DNA of 64,000 bases, taken from an uncultured delta proteobacterium (lineage in GTDB: Bacteria; Myxococcota_A; Polyangia; Polyangiales; Polyangiaceae). Below, piece by piece: positions 38,658-47,223 of this stretch. The first letter of the stretch is position 1. Each line of letters starts with the position of its first letter. The notes below the pieces were generated by a model. That model had not been told where the DNA came from. It made no database searches and was given only the letters and a program-made list of their open reading frames with translations. The stretch spans positions 119,281-183,280 of the forward strand of contig CAVQUB010000034.1 of the NCBI GenBank assembly GCA_963716725.1, given 5' to 3'. The translations under genes and the position numbers were made by a program.

Positions 38658-40814
38658 ATGCGTGACGCCGCTCTGGTCGAGAAGATCGCGCGCGAGCTTC
38701 AGGTCGCGCCCCGCTCGGTGACAGCCGCGCTCGAACTCTTCGACTGCGGCGCGACCGTTCCGTTCGTCGCGCGCTATCGCAAAGAGGCCACCGACGGGCT
38801 CGACGAGGTGGCGCTGCGGGAGATCGCCGCGCGCGCCAAGTACCTCGATGACCTCGCGGATCGCCGGCGCGTCGTGCTCGAGACCATCGCGGGCCAGGGC
38901 AAGCTCACGGCCGAGCTCGAGCGCGCCATCGCAGCCTGCGAGACCAAGGCGGAGCTCGAGGCCTTGTACGCGCCCTTCAAGAGCAAGCGCAGGACGCGGG
39001 GTCAGATGGCCAGGGAGCTGGGGCTGGAGCCGCTGGCGGATTGGATCTGGCAGCGGCGCGGTCCGGGCAACCCCGAGGCGGCCGCGCTCCCGTTCCTGGA
39101 GCGGAGGCCGGAAATCGGGTCGGTCGAAGCTGCGCTCTCAGGAGCCGTCGACATTTGTGCCGAGCGCATCGCCGAAAAGCCGAGCGCTCGCCGCTTGGTG
39201 CAAGACGAGCTGCGCCGCGGCACGCTCCGCGTCAAGAAGGCTCCAAAGTTTCGCGAGCAGAAGACCAAATTCGACAACTACGAGAAGTTCGGCGAGCCGG
39301 TGGCGAGAGTCGCCTCGCACCGCTACCTGGCCATCTGTCGTGGGGAGGCCGAAGGCGTGCTCAAGCCGAGCTTCGAGCTCGACGAAGCGCGGGTCGCGGG
39401 CGCGCTCGAGCGGACGTTGGGGCTCTCGGGCAACGACCCCTGGACCAAGCTCCTCGCTCGCGCCGTGGACGACGCGCTCACGCGGCTGTTGATACCCTCG
39501 GCACGCTCCAGCGTGCGTGCCGAGCTCGGGGACGCCGCAGAGCGCGACGCCATCAAGGTGTTCGCGAAGAACCTCGAGCAGCTGTTGCTCGCCGCGCCCT
39601 TCGGCGCGCGCTGGGTCCTCGGGATCGACCCGGGGCAGCGCACGGGCTGCAAGTGCGTCGTGGTCGATGCGACCGGCGGCCTGATCGAGCACACGGTCAT
39701 CTACTTGGTTCAAGGACCGCGAGCGGAGCAGGCGGCCGAGAAGACGCTGTCGGCGCTGCTCGATCGCCACCCCATTCTGGCCGTCGCAGTCGGCAACGGC
39801 ACCCACGGCCGTGAGACCGAGAATTTCGTGCGCGGGCTGTTGAAGCGCCGTGGGAAGCCCGAGGTCCTGTGCGTCTCGGTCAACGAAGCGGGCGCCAGCG
39901 TCTACTCGGCGAGCGAGCTCGCGCGGCACGAGCTCCCAGACCAGGACGTGACCGTGAGAGGCGCGGTCAGCATCGCCCGCCGGCTGCAGGATCCGCTCTC
40001 CGAGCTGGTGAAGATCGATCCCAAGAGCGTCGGCGTCGGTCAGTATCAGCACGACGTGAGCGAAAGCTTGCTCTGCGCCAAGCTCGACGAAGTGGTGGAG
40101 AGCTGCGTCAACCGCGTGGGCGTGGAGGTCAACACCGCCAGCCCGTCGCTGTTGGCTCGCGTCTCGGGTATCGGCGAGAAGCTGGCGCAGCGCATCGCCG
40201 ATCATCGCGCAGAGAGCGGCCGCTTCCGCTCGCGGCGCGATCTCGCCAAGGTGACCGGGCTCGGCGCCCGCACCTTCGAGCAAGCGGCGGGCTTTCTGCG
40301 CGTGCACGGCGGGGCACACCCCCTCGATGCGAGCGGAGTTCATCCCGAACGCTACGCTTTGGTCGAGCGCATGGCGCGGGATCTCGGCGTCAGCCTAGAG
40401 AAGCTGATCGGGGCTCCAAAGCTGGCAACCCTAGACCGCACGCGATATCTGTCCGCCGACGTCGGCGCCTACACGCTCGACCACATCTTGACCGAGCTCG
40501 ACAAGCCCGGGCGCGACCCGCGGGCCGAGTTCGAAGCCCCGGGCTTCCGCGACGATGTGCGCAGCATCGAGGAAGTGACGCCTGGCATGCTGCTCGAGGG
40601 GCGCGTGACGAACGTCACCGCCTTCGGCGCCTTCGTAGACATCGGGGTGCACCAAGACGGCCTGGTTCACGTCTCCGAATTGGCCGACCGCTTCGTGAAG
40701 GATCCGAGCGAGGTCGTCCGGGTGGGTGACCTGATTCGTGTCCGGGTGCTCAGCGTCGATCTCGATCGCAAACGCATCAGCCTGAGCGCGAAGGCGAGGC
40801 TCGGGATCACGTAA
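38658..40814 (+). CDS. tex: Tex RNA-binding transcriptional accessory protein
   Basis: [61 protein letters not shown]-terminal S1 domain. Confidence 0.95.
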   Translation: MRDAALVEKIARELQVAPRSVTAALELFDCGATVPFVARYRKEATDGLDEVALREIAARAKYLDDLADRRRVVLETIAGQGKLTAELERAIAACETKAELEALYAPFKSKRRTRGQMARELGLEPLADWIWQRRGPGNPEAAALPFLERRPEIGSVEAALSGAVDICAERIAEKPSARRLVQDELRRGTLRVKKAPKFREQKTKFDNYEKFGEPVARVASHRYLAICRGEAEGVLKPSFELDEARVAGALERTLGLSGNDPWTKLLARAVDDALTRLLIPSARSSVRAELGDAAERDAIKVFAKNLEQLLLAAPFGARWVLGIDPGQRTGCKCVVVDATGGLIEHTVIYLVQGPRAEQAAEKTLSALLDRHPILAVAVGNGTHGRETENFVRGLLKRRGKPEVLCVSVNEAGASVYSASELARHELPDQDVTVRGAVSIARRLQDPLSELVKIDPKSVGVGQYQHDVSESLLCAKLDEVVESCVNRVGVEVNTASPSLLARVSGIGEKLAQRIADHRAESGRFRSRRDLAKVTGLGARTFEQAAGFLRVHGGAHPLDASGVHPERYALVERMARDLGVSLEKLIGAPKLATLDRTRYLSADVGAYTLDHILTELDKPGRDPRAEFEAPGFRDDVRSIEEVTPGMLLEGRVTNVTAFGAFVDIGVHQDGLVHVSELADRFVKDPSEVVRVGDLIRVRVLSVDLDRKRISLSAKARLGIT

Positions 40815-40921
40815 CGTGGGGTACCGCGACAGGAGGATGCTGAGAATGGCTGCGGGCGCGGAACGGACGGCGGAGTTCGCCTGGCCCGCGCTCGTCTGCT
40901 GCAACGCCCAGCCAGACGGCT

Positions 40922-41095
40922 TCATCTCAGGAAGGCGAATCTGGGGTCACCGTCACCGTCGAGACCTTCAACAAGCGCGCCAAGGAAAGACTCAATCGAC
41001 TCGGCCACCACGTCGGTCGCTTCGAACTCGGGCTCTGAACCGGACACAACCGCGCCGGGTACCCCGTCGTTGAGTTCTACGGCAACGTAGGAATA
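40922..41095 (-). pseudogene. C-terminal fragment resembling SMI1/KNR4-type immunity proteins
   Basis: YVAVEL...GAVV....PEFE....VAESIESFL; preceded by a degenerate attC arm at 40857-40917. Confidence 0.4.
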
Positions 41096-41097
41096 GA

Positions 41098-41226
41098 TGG
41101 CAATGATAGCGGAAGACACGGCCGCGGGCACTAGCTCAGCGACCCAGCGCCGCGCGCGTCGCGGCGGCGCGGTCGGCAAGGAGCTGTTGATGGTCGCGAG
41201 CCAGCATGGTTCTTCCGAGGCCCGGC
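41098..41226 (-). mobile_element. Collapsed DUF559 module remnant (copy 6)
   Basis: TGGCAATGATAGCGGAAGACACGGCCGCGGGCAC...then the ORF start region and CCGAGGCCCGGC. Confidence 0.8.
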
Positions 41227-41238
41227 ACCTCGATCGGT

Positions 41239-41739
41239 CTAGCTCTCCAGAGCTACTGCGGTCGGCTGCCGAGCGGCGTCGAAAGACACGCAGAGCAGAT
41301 AATGCGTAACGTCTGGATCAATCGAATAATCGAGCAAGACGCGTCGGTCCTCGTGCTCGGGGTAGAGTCCGACCCGCACGAGAACAAGACGCGACAGCAT
41401 CGCCTCGGGATCGGCTGAACCAGGTTTGTCAGTACCGAAAAGGCGCTGCAGGTCGGCGGTCGGAAGCTCGCTCCCATGATGCGTGAGGTAGAGCGTGGAT
41501 GCCGCGTCGTCGTCGCGCGCCTGGGCATCGCGCAGGATAGCGAGGCGCGCGGCGCGGTCGAAAGGCACGAGGTCTTCCAGTTGCTGCGGCAGGTCGTTCA
41601 GGTCTGGCCCCGTTAGACCCGAACTGTCGATTGTCAGGTCGAAGGTGATGGTGCGGCCGGCGAAAGTCAGCGTCGTGTCCCAAAAACCCGGCGCGGACGG
41701 GTCGATCTCTCCAAGTATCGGGTGCAAAACGGTTGGCAT
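41239..41739 (-). CDS. DUF2004-like protein
   Basis: LVRVGLYPE...LDYSIDPDVTHYLLCVSFD...VALES. Confidence 0.6.
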   Translation of the reverse strand: MPTVLHPILGEIDPSAPGFWDTTLTFAGRTITFDLTIDSSGLTGPDLNDLPQQLEDLVPFDRAARLAILRDAQARDDDAASTLYLTHHGSELPTADLQRLFGTDKPGSADPEAMLSRLVLVRVGLYPEHEDRRVLLDYSIDPDVTHYLLCVSFDAARQPTAVALES

Positions 41740-41815
41740 GGCTTCAGCTCTTTCGGTCTGCCGCCGGGAAGCCGGCCTCGGTTTGTTCAACGACGATCAG
41801 GTATCTCATCGGAGG

Positions 41816-42679
41816 TCAGACCCGACGCGCCAACGCCAGCCGTTCGTAAGGCCGCACGTGGCGCGCTTCGCGGGCCGGCCAGCGCTCCACCCAATCAAGA
41901 GCGCTGCCGTCGCCTTCGACCTCGAATCCGCGCGCGGCGAGCCGAGCCGCGATGCCACGGGCATCCTCTTGGAACCTGAGCGCCTCGCCGATCCACATGG
42001 CGCCCACCTCGCTGACGGTCCGCAGGAAGGGGCTCGCGTATTCGGGGGGAAGGTACGTCATCGCAAGTCGGCTCTCGGGGGCGGCCAGCTCGGCGACGGC
42101 CTCGAGCGTGGCGTCGATGGCCTCGGCGGTCAGGTACATGGTGACGCCCTCCCAGATCCAGACGCTGCGCGCGCTCGCGTCGAAGTCGTGGGCGCCGAGC
42201 ACCTCGGGGATGGTCTGCCGCTCGAAGTCGATGGAGCAGAAGCGAACGTCTTTCGCCAGCGGTCGCAGATCACCGATGCCTTCGCGCTTGAAGGCCTGAG
42301 TGTCGGGGTGGTCGAGCTCGAACACCGAGACCTCCGCGAGGTTCGGCATGCGCCAGGCGCGCGCGTCGAGCCCGGCCCCCAGCACCACGAGCTGGCGCGT
42401 GCCCGCCTCCACGCTGCGCTCGATGGCGTCGTCGATGGCCGCGGTGCGCAGCGGCACGGTGAAGCTGAGCCCGCGCGTCGCGGCCCCCAACAGACGGTGG
42501 GCCAGGCGAGGTCCGAAGGGCGCGCGGGTCACACCGCGCACCAGCGCGCCAAGGCCACCGGGCAAGAGTCGCTGGGCGACGCCGTCGTCGAAGATGGCCA
42601 GATCGGGCGGCGCTTCGCTGTAGAGCGCGCGCAACGCCGCCACCCAGTCGCTGGTGCGGCTGCGGTTCCCTGCTCGCAT
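41816..42679 (-). CDS. SAM-dependent methyltransferase (leucine carboxyl methyltransferase-like)
   Basis: RTAAIDD, QLVVLGAGLDARAWR, FELDHP, WEGVTMYL. Confidence 0.9.
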   Translation of the reverse strand: MRAGNRSRTSDWVAALRALYSEAPPDLAIFDDGVAQRLLPGGLGALVRGVTRAPFGPRLAHRLLGAATRGLSFTVPLRTAAIDDAIERSVEAGTRQLVVLGAGLDARAWRMPNLAEVSVFELDHPDTQAFKREGIGDLRPLAKDVRFCSIDFERQTIPEVLGAHDFDASARSVWIWEGVTMYLTAEAIDATLEAVAELAAPESRLAMTYLPPEYASPFLRTVSEVGAMWIGEALRFQEDARGIAARLAARGFEVEGDGSALDWVERWPAREARHVRPYERLALARRV

Positions 42680-42789
42680 GGCCCATACTTAACGCAACTC
42701 GGGCCCTCACTGCACCCTCGCTCAGGGGGTGGCCCGCACTGCCGAACCGCGTTAGAGGAGCCTGGTATCAGCGAAAAGGGAGCTCAGCC

Positions 42790-43980
42790 ATGACCCACCA
42801 CGTATCCCCGGTTTATGTCGTCAGCGCCGTGCGCACTCCCATCGGCTCATACCTGGGGGCGCTCGCCTCGGTGCCCGCGCCTCGCCTCGGCGCAGTGGCG
42901 ATCCGAGCCGCCGTCGAGCGCGCCAAGATCGATCCCAGCCGCGTCCAAGAGGTGTTCATGGGCAACGTGCTCAGCGCCGGAGTCGGCCAGGCGCCCGCGC
43001 GCCAAGCGGCCATCTACGCCGGGGTGCCCGACAGCGTGCCGGCAACCACCGTGAGCAAGGTCTGCGGCTCGGGCCTGCAGGCGGTGGTCTTCGGCGCCAA
43101 GACCGTGATGCTCGGCGACGCCGACGTGGTGGTGGCGGGCGGCATGGAGTCGATGTCGAACGTTCCCTACTACCTCCGTGATGCGCGCACAGGCTACCGG
43201 ATGGGTGACGGCAAGCTGATCGACGGAATGATCGCCGATGGGCTCTGGGATCCCTACGGAAACTTCCACATGGGAGAGGCCGGCGAGAAGTGCTCGAAGG
43301 AGTACTCGCTCTCGCGCGAAGCACAGGACGAGTTCGCACGCGAGAGCTATCGGCGCGCGCTCTCGGCGCAGAAAGAAGGGCTCTTCGAGGCGGAGATTGC
43401 GGCGGTCGAGATCGCACAGAAGAAGGGCGATCCGCTGAAGGTCTCCGCCGACGAGGAGCCGGGCAAGGGAGATCCGAGCAAGTTCGACAAGCTGCGACCG
43501 GCCTTCGCGAAGGACGGCACCATCACCGCCGCCAACGCCTCGAGCATCAACGACGGCGCATCGGCGCTGGTACTCGCCAGCGAGAAGGCAGTGAAGGAGC
43601 AGAACCTGACCCCCATCGCGCGCATCGTCGGTTACGGCGGCGCCGCGCAGGCTCCCGATTGGTTCACCACGGCGCCTTCCAAGGCCATCGACGCGACCCT
43701 GACCAAGCTCGGCATGAAGAAGGAGCAGATCGATCTCTGGGAGATCAACGAGGCCTTCTCCTGCGTGACCATGGCCTGCTCCAAGATCTCGGGCCTGGAC
43801 CCGGCGAAGGTGAACGTGCGGGGCGGCGCCGTGGCGCTCGGCCACCCCATCGGCGCCTCGGGCGCGCGCATCCTGACCACGCTGCTCTTTGCCATGCGCG
43901 ATCACAAGGTCAGCCGCGGCCTCGCCACCCTGTGCATCGGCGGCGGCGAAGCGGTCGCCGTGGTGGTCGAGCGCGTCTGA
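42790..43980 (+). CDS. atoB: Acetyl-CoA C-acetyltransferase (thiolase)
   Basis: KVCGSGL, NEAF, GHPIGASG, LCIGGG. Confidence 0.92.
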   Translation: MTHHVSPVYVVSAVRTPIGSYLGALASVPAPRLGAVAIRAAVERAKIDPSRVQEVFMGNVLSAGVGQAPARQAAIYAGVPDSVPATTVSKVCGSGLQAVVFGAKTVMLGDADVVVAGGMESMSNVPYYLRDARTGYRMGDGKLIDGMIADGLWDPYGNFHMGEAGEKCSKEYSLSREAQDEFARESYRRALSAQKEGLFEAEIAAVEIAQKKGDPLKVSADEEPGKGDPSKFDKLRPAFAKDGTITAANASSINDGASALVLASEKAVKEQNLTPIARIVGYGGAAQAPDWFTTAPSKAIDATLTKLGMKKEQIDLWEINEAFSCVTMACSKISGLDPAKVNVRGGAVALGHPIGASGARILTTLLFAMRDHKVSRGLATLCIGGGEAVAVVVERV

Positions 43981-43991
43981 TTTCGCCTCCC

Positions 43992-44834
43992 ATGATCAGA
44001 CCTCGGGACGTCGCCGAAGGGGTTGGAGCATTTCCGACTCGCACCCCGACCTTGCCGCCGGCGACGCACACGCAGAGCTACGCACTCGGCACGCGTCAGC
44101 TGTTGCTGATCGAGCCGGCCACGCCCTACGCCGACGAGCAACGCGCGTTCCTCGACTGGGCGCGGAGTCTCGTCAGCTCGGGTCGCGAGATCCTGGGCAT
44201 CGTGCTCACGCACCATCACATCGACCACGTCGGCGGCGCGCAGACCTTCTCCCACGAGCTCGGTGTTCCGCTCTGGGCGCACGAAGCAACCGCGGCCCGG
44301 CTCCCGGAGCTCGACATCAGCCGACGGCTTGACGACGACGAGGTGCTCACGCTGGATGGCCCGTCGCCCCAGGCGTGGCGGGTGCTGCACACGCCCGGTC
44401 ACGCTCCTGGACACATTTGTCTGTTCGAGCCCGAGCTGGGCGCGGTGGTCGTGGGCGATATGGTGGCGAGCGAGGGCACCATCTTGATCGAGCCCACGGA
44501 CGGCGACATGGCCGAGTACCTCCGGCAGCTCGCGCGACTCGAGGCGGTGGGCGCGAAGACCGCGCTCCCGGCCCACGGCGATCCGATCCCGGAGCCGAGC
44601 CAGCTCTTCGCCCACTACGTGGCGCACCGCCTCGAGCGGGAGCGCAAGGTGGCGGCGGCGCTCGAGGCCGCCGGATCCGGTGGAACCACGGATTTGTCCC
44701 TGGTGCCCAGGGCCTACGCCGACACGCCGCAGGCCGCGTGGCCCCTCGCCCTCTTGAGCGTTCGCGCACACTTGGTCAAGCTCGTGGCCGACGGCCGCGC
44801 CCGAACCGACGGCGAGAGATACTGGACCCCATGA
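43992..44834 (+). CDS. MBL-fold metallo-hydrolase
   Basis: THHHIDHVGG, HTPGHAPGH, GD, PAHG. Confidence 0.9.
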   Translation: MIRPRDVAEGVGAFPTRTPTLPPATHTQSYALGTRQLLLIEPATPYADEQRAFLDWARSLVSSGREILGIVLTHHHIDHVGGAQTFSHELGVPLWAHEATAARLPELDISRRLDDDEVLTLDGPSPQAWRVLHTPGHAPGHICLFEPELGAVVVGDMVASEGTILIEPTDGDMAEYLRQLARLEAVGAKTALPAHGDPIPEPSQLFAHYVAHRLERERKVAAALEAAGSGGTTDLSLVPRAYADTPQAAWPLALLSVRAHLVKLVADGRARTDGERYWTP

Positions 44835-45052
44835 CGACAGACTCCGATGACTTCGAGCGGGCCTACGTCGCCGTGAGCTACCTCATCGACCGGCGGGGCG
44901 ACGATCTCACCCGCGCGCTCGGCGGCGGCACCGAGATCGCGCGGCGCTTGACGCTTGCGCTGGCTCACCCAGAGCGCGCTTCACGGGCGGTTGTGCTCGC
45001 GCGCGAGGTCGCACGGATCGCTTGCGCGCTCGACGCGCGGAGGCTCGGGTGA
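44831..45052 (+). CDS. Small hypothetical protein
   Basis: ATGA and GTGA overlaps with both neighbours. Confidence 0.55.
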   Translation: MTTDSDDFERAYVAVSYLIDRRGDDLTRALGGGTEIARRLTLALAHPERASRAVVLAREVARIACALDARRLG

Positions 45053-45702
45053 GCGTGACCCGCGGCCGCCTGCTCCGCGCGGACGACGCCCGTGACGCGC
45101 GCCCGATCGCGCTGGCGACCCCCGCCCTCGCGCCGGTGGGACGCCGCGTGCCACGCGCCATCGTGGACGCCGAAGGCCGCGCACGCGCCATTGTCGAGAG
45201 CGCCGAAGGCCGCGCACGCATGCTGCTCGACGACGCAGCGCGCGCCGCCGGCGACGCGCGGGTCGCTGCCCAGGCCGAAGGCCGTGCCGACGGCATCGCG
45301 GCGATCGCGGCGAAGGCCGTGGCCCTCGCGGCCCTCGAAGCACGCGTCGATCAGCGGGGGCTCGACCGCAGCGTCGAGCTCGCGCGCGTGCTCGCCGAAC
45401 GCTTGATCGGTGAAGAGCTGCGCCTGGATCCCGCGCGGGTGAGCGCCATCGCCAAGCGCGCGCTGGCCGAGGCTCGGGGTGCCCGCCGGGTGCGGATTGT
45501 CGCCCACCCGGACGACGCGGCGCGCCTCGAGGCCGAGCGAGCGACCCTGGGGGTCGGGCTAGAAGCCCTGGAAATCACGGCAGATCCGGCGCGTTCACCC
45601 GGCGATCTGCGGCTCGAAACCGAGATCGGGGTGCTCGACGCCGCCCTCGCGCCGCAGCTCGATCGGCTGGCTCAGAAGCTGCGTGAGTCGCTGAAGCCAT
45701 GA
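45049..45702 (+). CDS. FliH/SctL-family protein
   Basis: ARAIVESAE..AEGRADG, IVAHPDD, GDLRLETEIGVLDA.L..QL. Confidence 0.75.
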   Translation: MSVTRGRLLRADDARDARPIALATPALAPVGRRVPRAIVDAEGRARAIVESAEGRARMLLDDAARAAGDARVAAQAEGRADGIAAIAAKAVALAALEARVDQRGLDRSVELARVLAERLIGEELRLDPARVSAIAKRALAEARGARRVRIVAHPDDAARLEAERATLGVGLEALEITADPARSPGDLRLETEIGVLDAALAPQLDRLAQKLRESLKP

Positions 45703-46724
45703 GCTCGTCCGACGAACAGTGGCGATTCCCCGCGCCGCCCGACGACAGCGCGACGATCGCTGGGCCGACTTCCGCGCCTCCGCCCAGCGACGCGCCGCGG
45801 GCCCGCGTCCGCTGGCCGCTCAACGTGGTGCTATTCGCGATCACGGTCTGGAGCGTGTTCGAGGTGGGGCAGACGTGGAACGGCCAGAGTGAGGTGCCGG
45901 GCCTGAAGGGCTGGCTGTCGGGCTGGTCTTTTGCAGTGCCGCTCCTCGCCATCTTGCTCTTCCACGAGTTCGGACACTACATCGCGGCGCGCATTCACCG
46001 CGTCCCGGCGTCGTTGCCGTATTTCATCCCCTTCCCCAAGCTGAGCCCCTTCGGCACCTTCGGCGCGGTGATCGTGATGCCCAATCGCATCCGCTCTGCA
46101 AACGCGCTCCTCGACATCGGTGCCGCGGGCCCCCTGGCGGGCATGGCCGTCGCGATTCCGGTGATGATCGTCGGCCTCCTCTACTCGACCGTCGGGCCTC
46201 GCAGCGAGAGCGGCTTCATCCAGGAGGGGCAGAGCATCCTGTACTGGCTGCTCAAGCGCGTCGTGCACGGGTCCATCGCCCAGAATCAAGACGTCTTTTT
46301 GCACCCCACCGCGCTGGCGGCCTGGGCGGGCTTCTTGGTCACCTTCCTGAACCTGCTGCCCTTTGGCCAGCTCGATGGCGGGCACGTGGCCTACGCTCTC
46401 TTGGGCAAAAGGCAGGACCGGCTGGGGCGCTTTGCCGTGTTTTTGCCCCTGGTGATGGTCGGCTACAACGCCTGGGTCCACGTCCGGCCCATCGTGCTCC
46501 GGGGCATGCACGAGGGTTACGGCAAGCAGAGCTGGCTACCGGTCAGCGCCGCGACGGTCTGGATCAGTATCTTCGTGCTGCTCTGGATCCTGCGCGGCGT
46601 ATCTGGAGCCGATCACCCACCCGTCGACGACGCACGTCTGTCGCCCAAGCGGCGGATCGTGGCCATCGCCACGCTGGCGCTCTTCGTCCTCTTGTTCATG
46701 CCCACGCCTTGGGCGGTGTTCTGA
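45699..46724 (+). CDS. Site-2 protease (M50)
   Basis: HEFGH, AAGPLAG, NLLPFGQLDGGH. Confidence 0.9.
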   Translation: MSSSDEQWRFPAPPDDSATIAGPTSAPPPSDAPRARVRWPLNVVLFAITVWSVFEVGQTWNGQSEVPGLKGWLSGWSFAVPLLAILLFHEFGHYIAARIHRVPASLPYFIPFPKLSPFGTFGAVIVMPNRIRSANALLDIGAAGPLAGMAVAIPVMIVGLLYSTVGPRSESGFIQEGQSILYWLLKRVVHGSIAQNQDVFLHPTALAAWAGFLVTFLNLLPFGQLDGGHVAYALLGKRQDRLGRFAVFLPLVMVGYNAWVHVRPIVLRGMHEGYGKQSWLPVSAATVWISIFVLLWILRGVSGADHPPVDDARLSPKRRIVAIATLALFVLLFMPTPWAVF

Positions 46725-46731
46725 GCTTGGC

Positions 46732-47223
46732 TCAGGGCTGGGAGTAACGCCGTCGCAGCGCGGCCACCACGTTGGGCGGGGCGTAGCGCGCGACGTCACC
46801 GCCGTGGCTGGCGATCTCGCGCACCAACGACGCCGAGATGAACCCGTAGTTGGTGCGGGTCGGCAAGAACACCGTGTCGATCTCGGGCCTCAGATCGGAG
46901 TTCGCGTGGGCGATTTGCAGCTCGTACTCGAAATCCGTGGCGGCCCTCAGGCCACGCACGATGACCCGCGCGCCGATCTTCTGCCCGTAGTCGATCAACA
47001 GGCCGCTGAACGAGTCGACCTCTACGTTGCCGTAGGGCACGACGATCTCACGCAACAGCGACAGGCGCTCCTCCGCGGCGAGCAGCGGCTGCTTGGTGGG
47101 ATGCACTCCGACGGCCACCACGACCTTCGGAAACAGCTTGGCCGCGCGCTCGACGAGATCGAGATGCCCGTAGGTCGGGGGATCGAAGCTGCCGGCGTAG
47201 ATCGCGAGCTGCGGCCCGGTCAC
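46732..47223 (-). CDS. coaD: Pantetheine-phosphate adenylyltransferase
   Basis: AIYAGSFDPPTYGHLD, RGLRAATDFEYE, ISASLVRE. Confidence 0.95.
   Translation of the reverse strand: MTGPQLAIYAGSFDPPTYGHLDLVERAAKLFPKVVVAVGVHPTKQPLLAAEERLSLLREIVVPYGNVEVDSFSGLLIDYGQKIGARVIVRGLRAATDFEYELQIAHANSDLRPEIDTVFLPTRTNYGFISASLVREIASHGGDVARYAPPNVVAALRRRYSQP

Larger units (their letters stand above)
19465..41790 (-). mobile_element. Integron-like gene cassette array (attC cluster, no integrase in window) interleaved with DUF559 modules; spans tex
   Basis: Multiple RYYYAAC...GTTRRRY imperfect palindromes separating short, mostly minus-strand ORFs. Confidence 0.8.

Noticed and set aside
19352..41790. CRISPR array or prophage as the explanation for the repeats
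   Set aside because: Repeats are 80-750 bp with gene-sized irregular spacing; no cas, capsid, terminase or tail genes.
19409..41790. Integron integrase / attI
   Set aside because: No ORF with tyrosine recombinase R-H-R-Y motifs on either strand; attI cannot be identified by eye.
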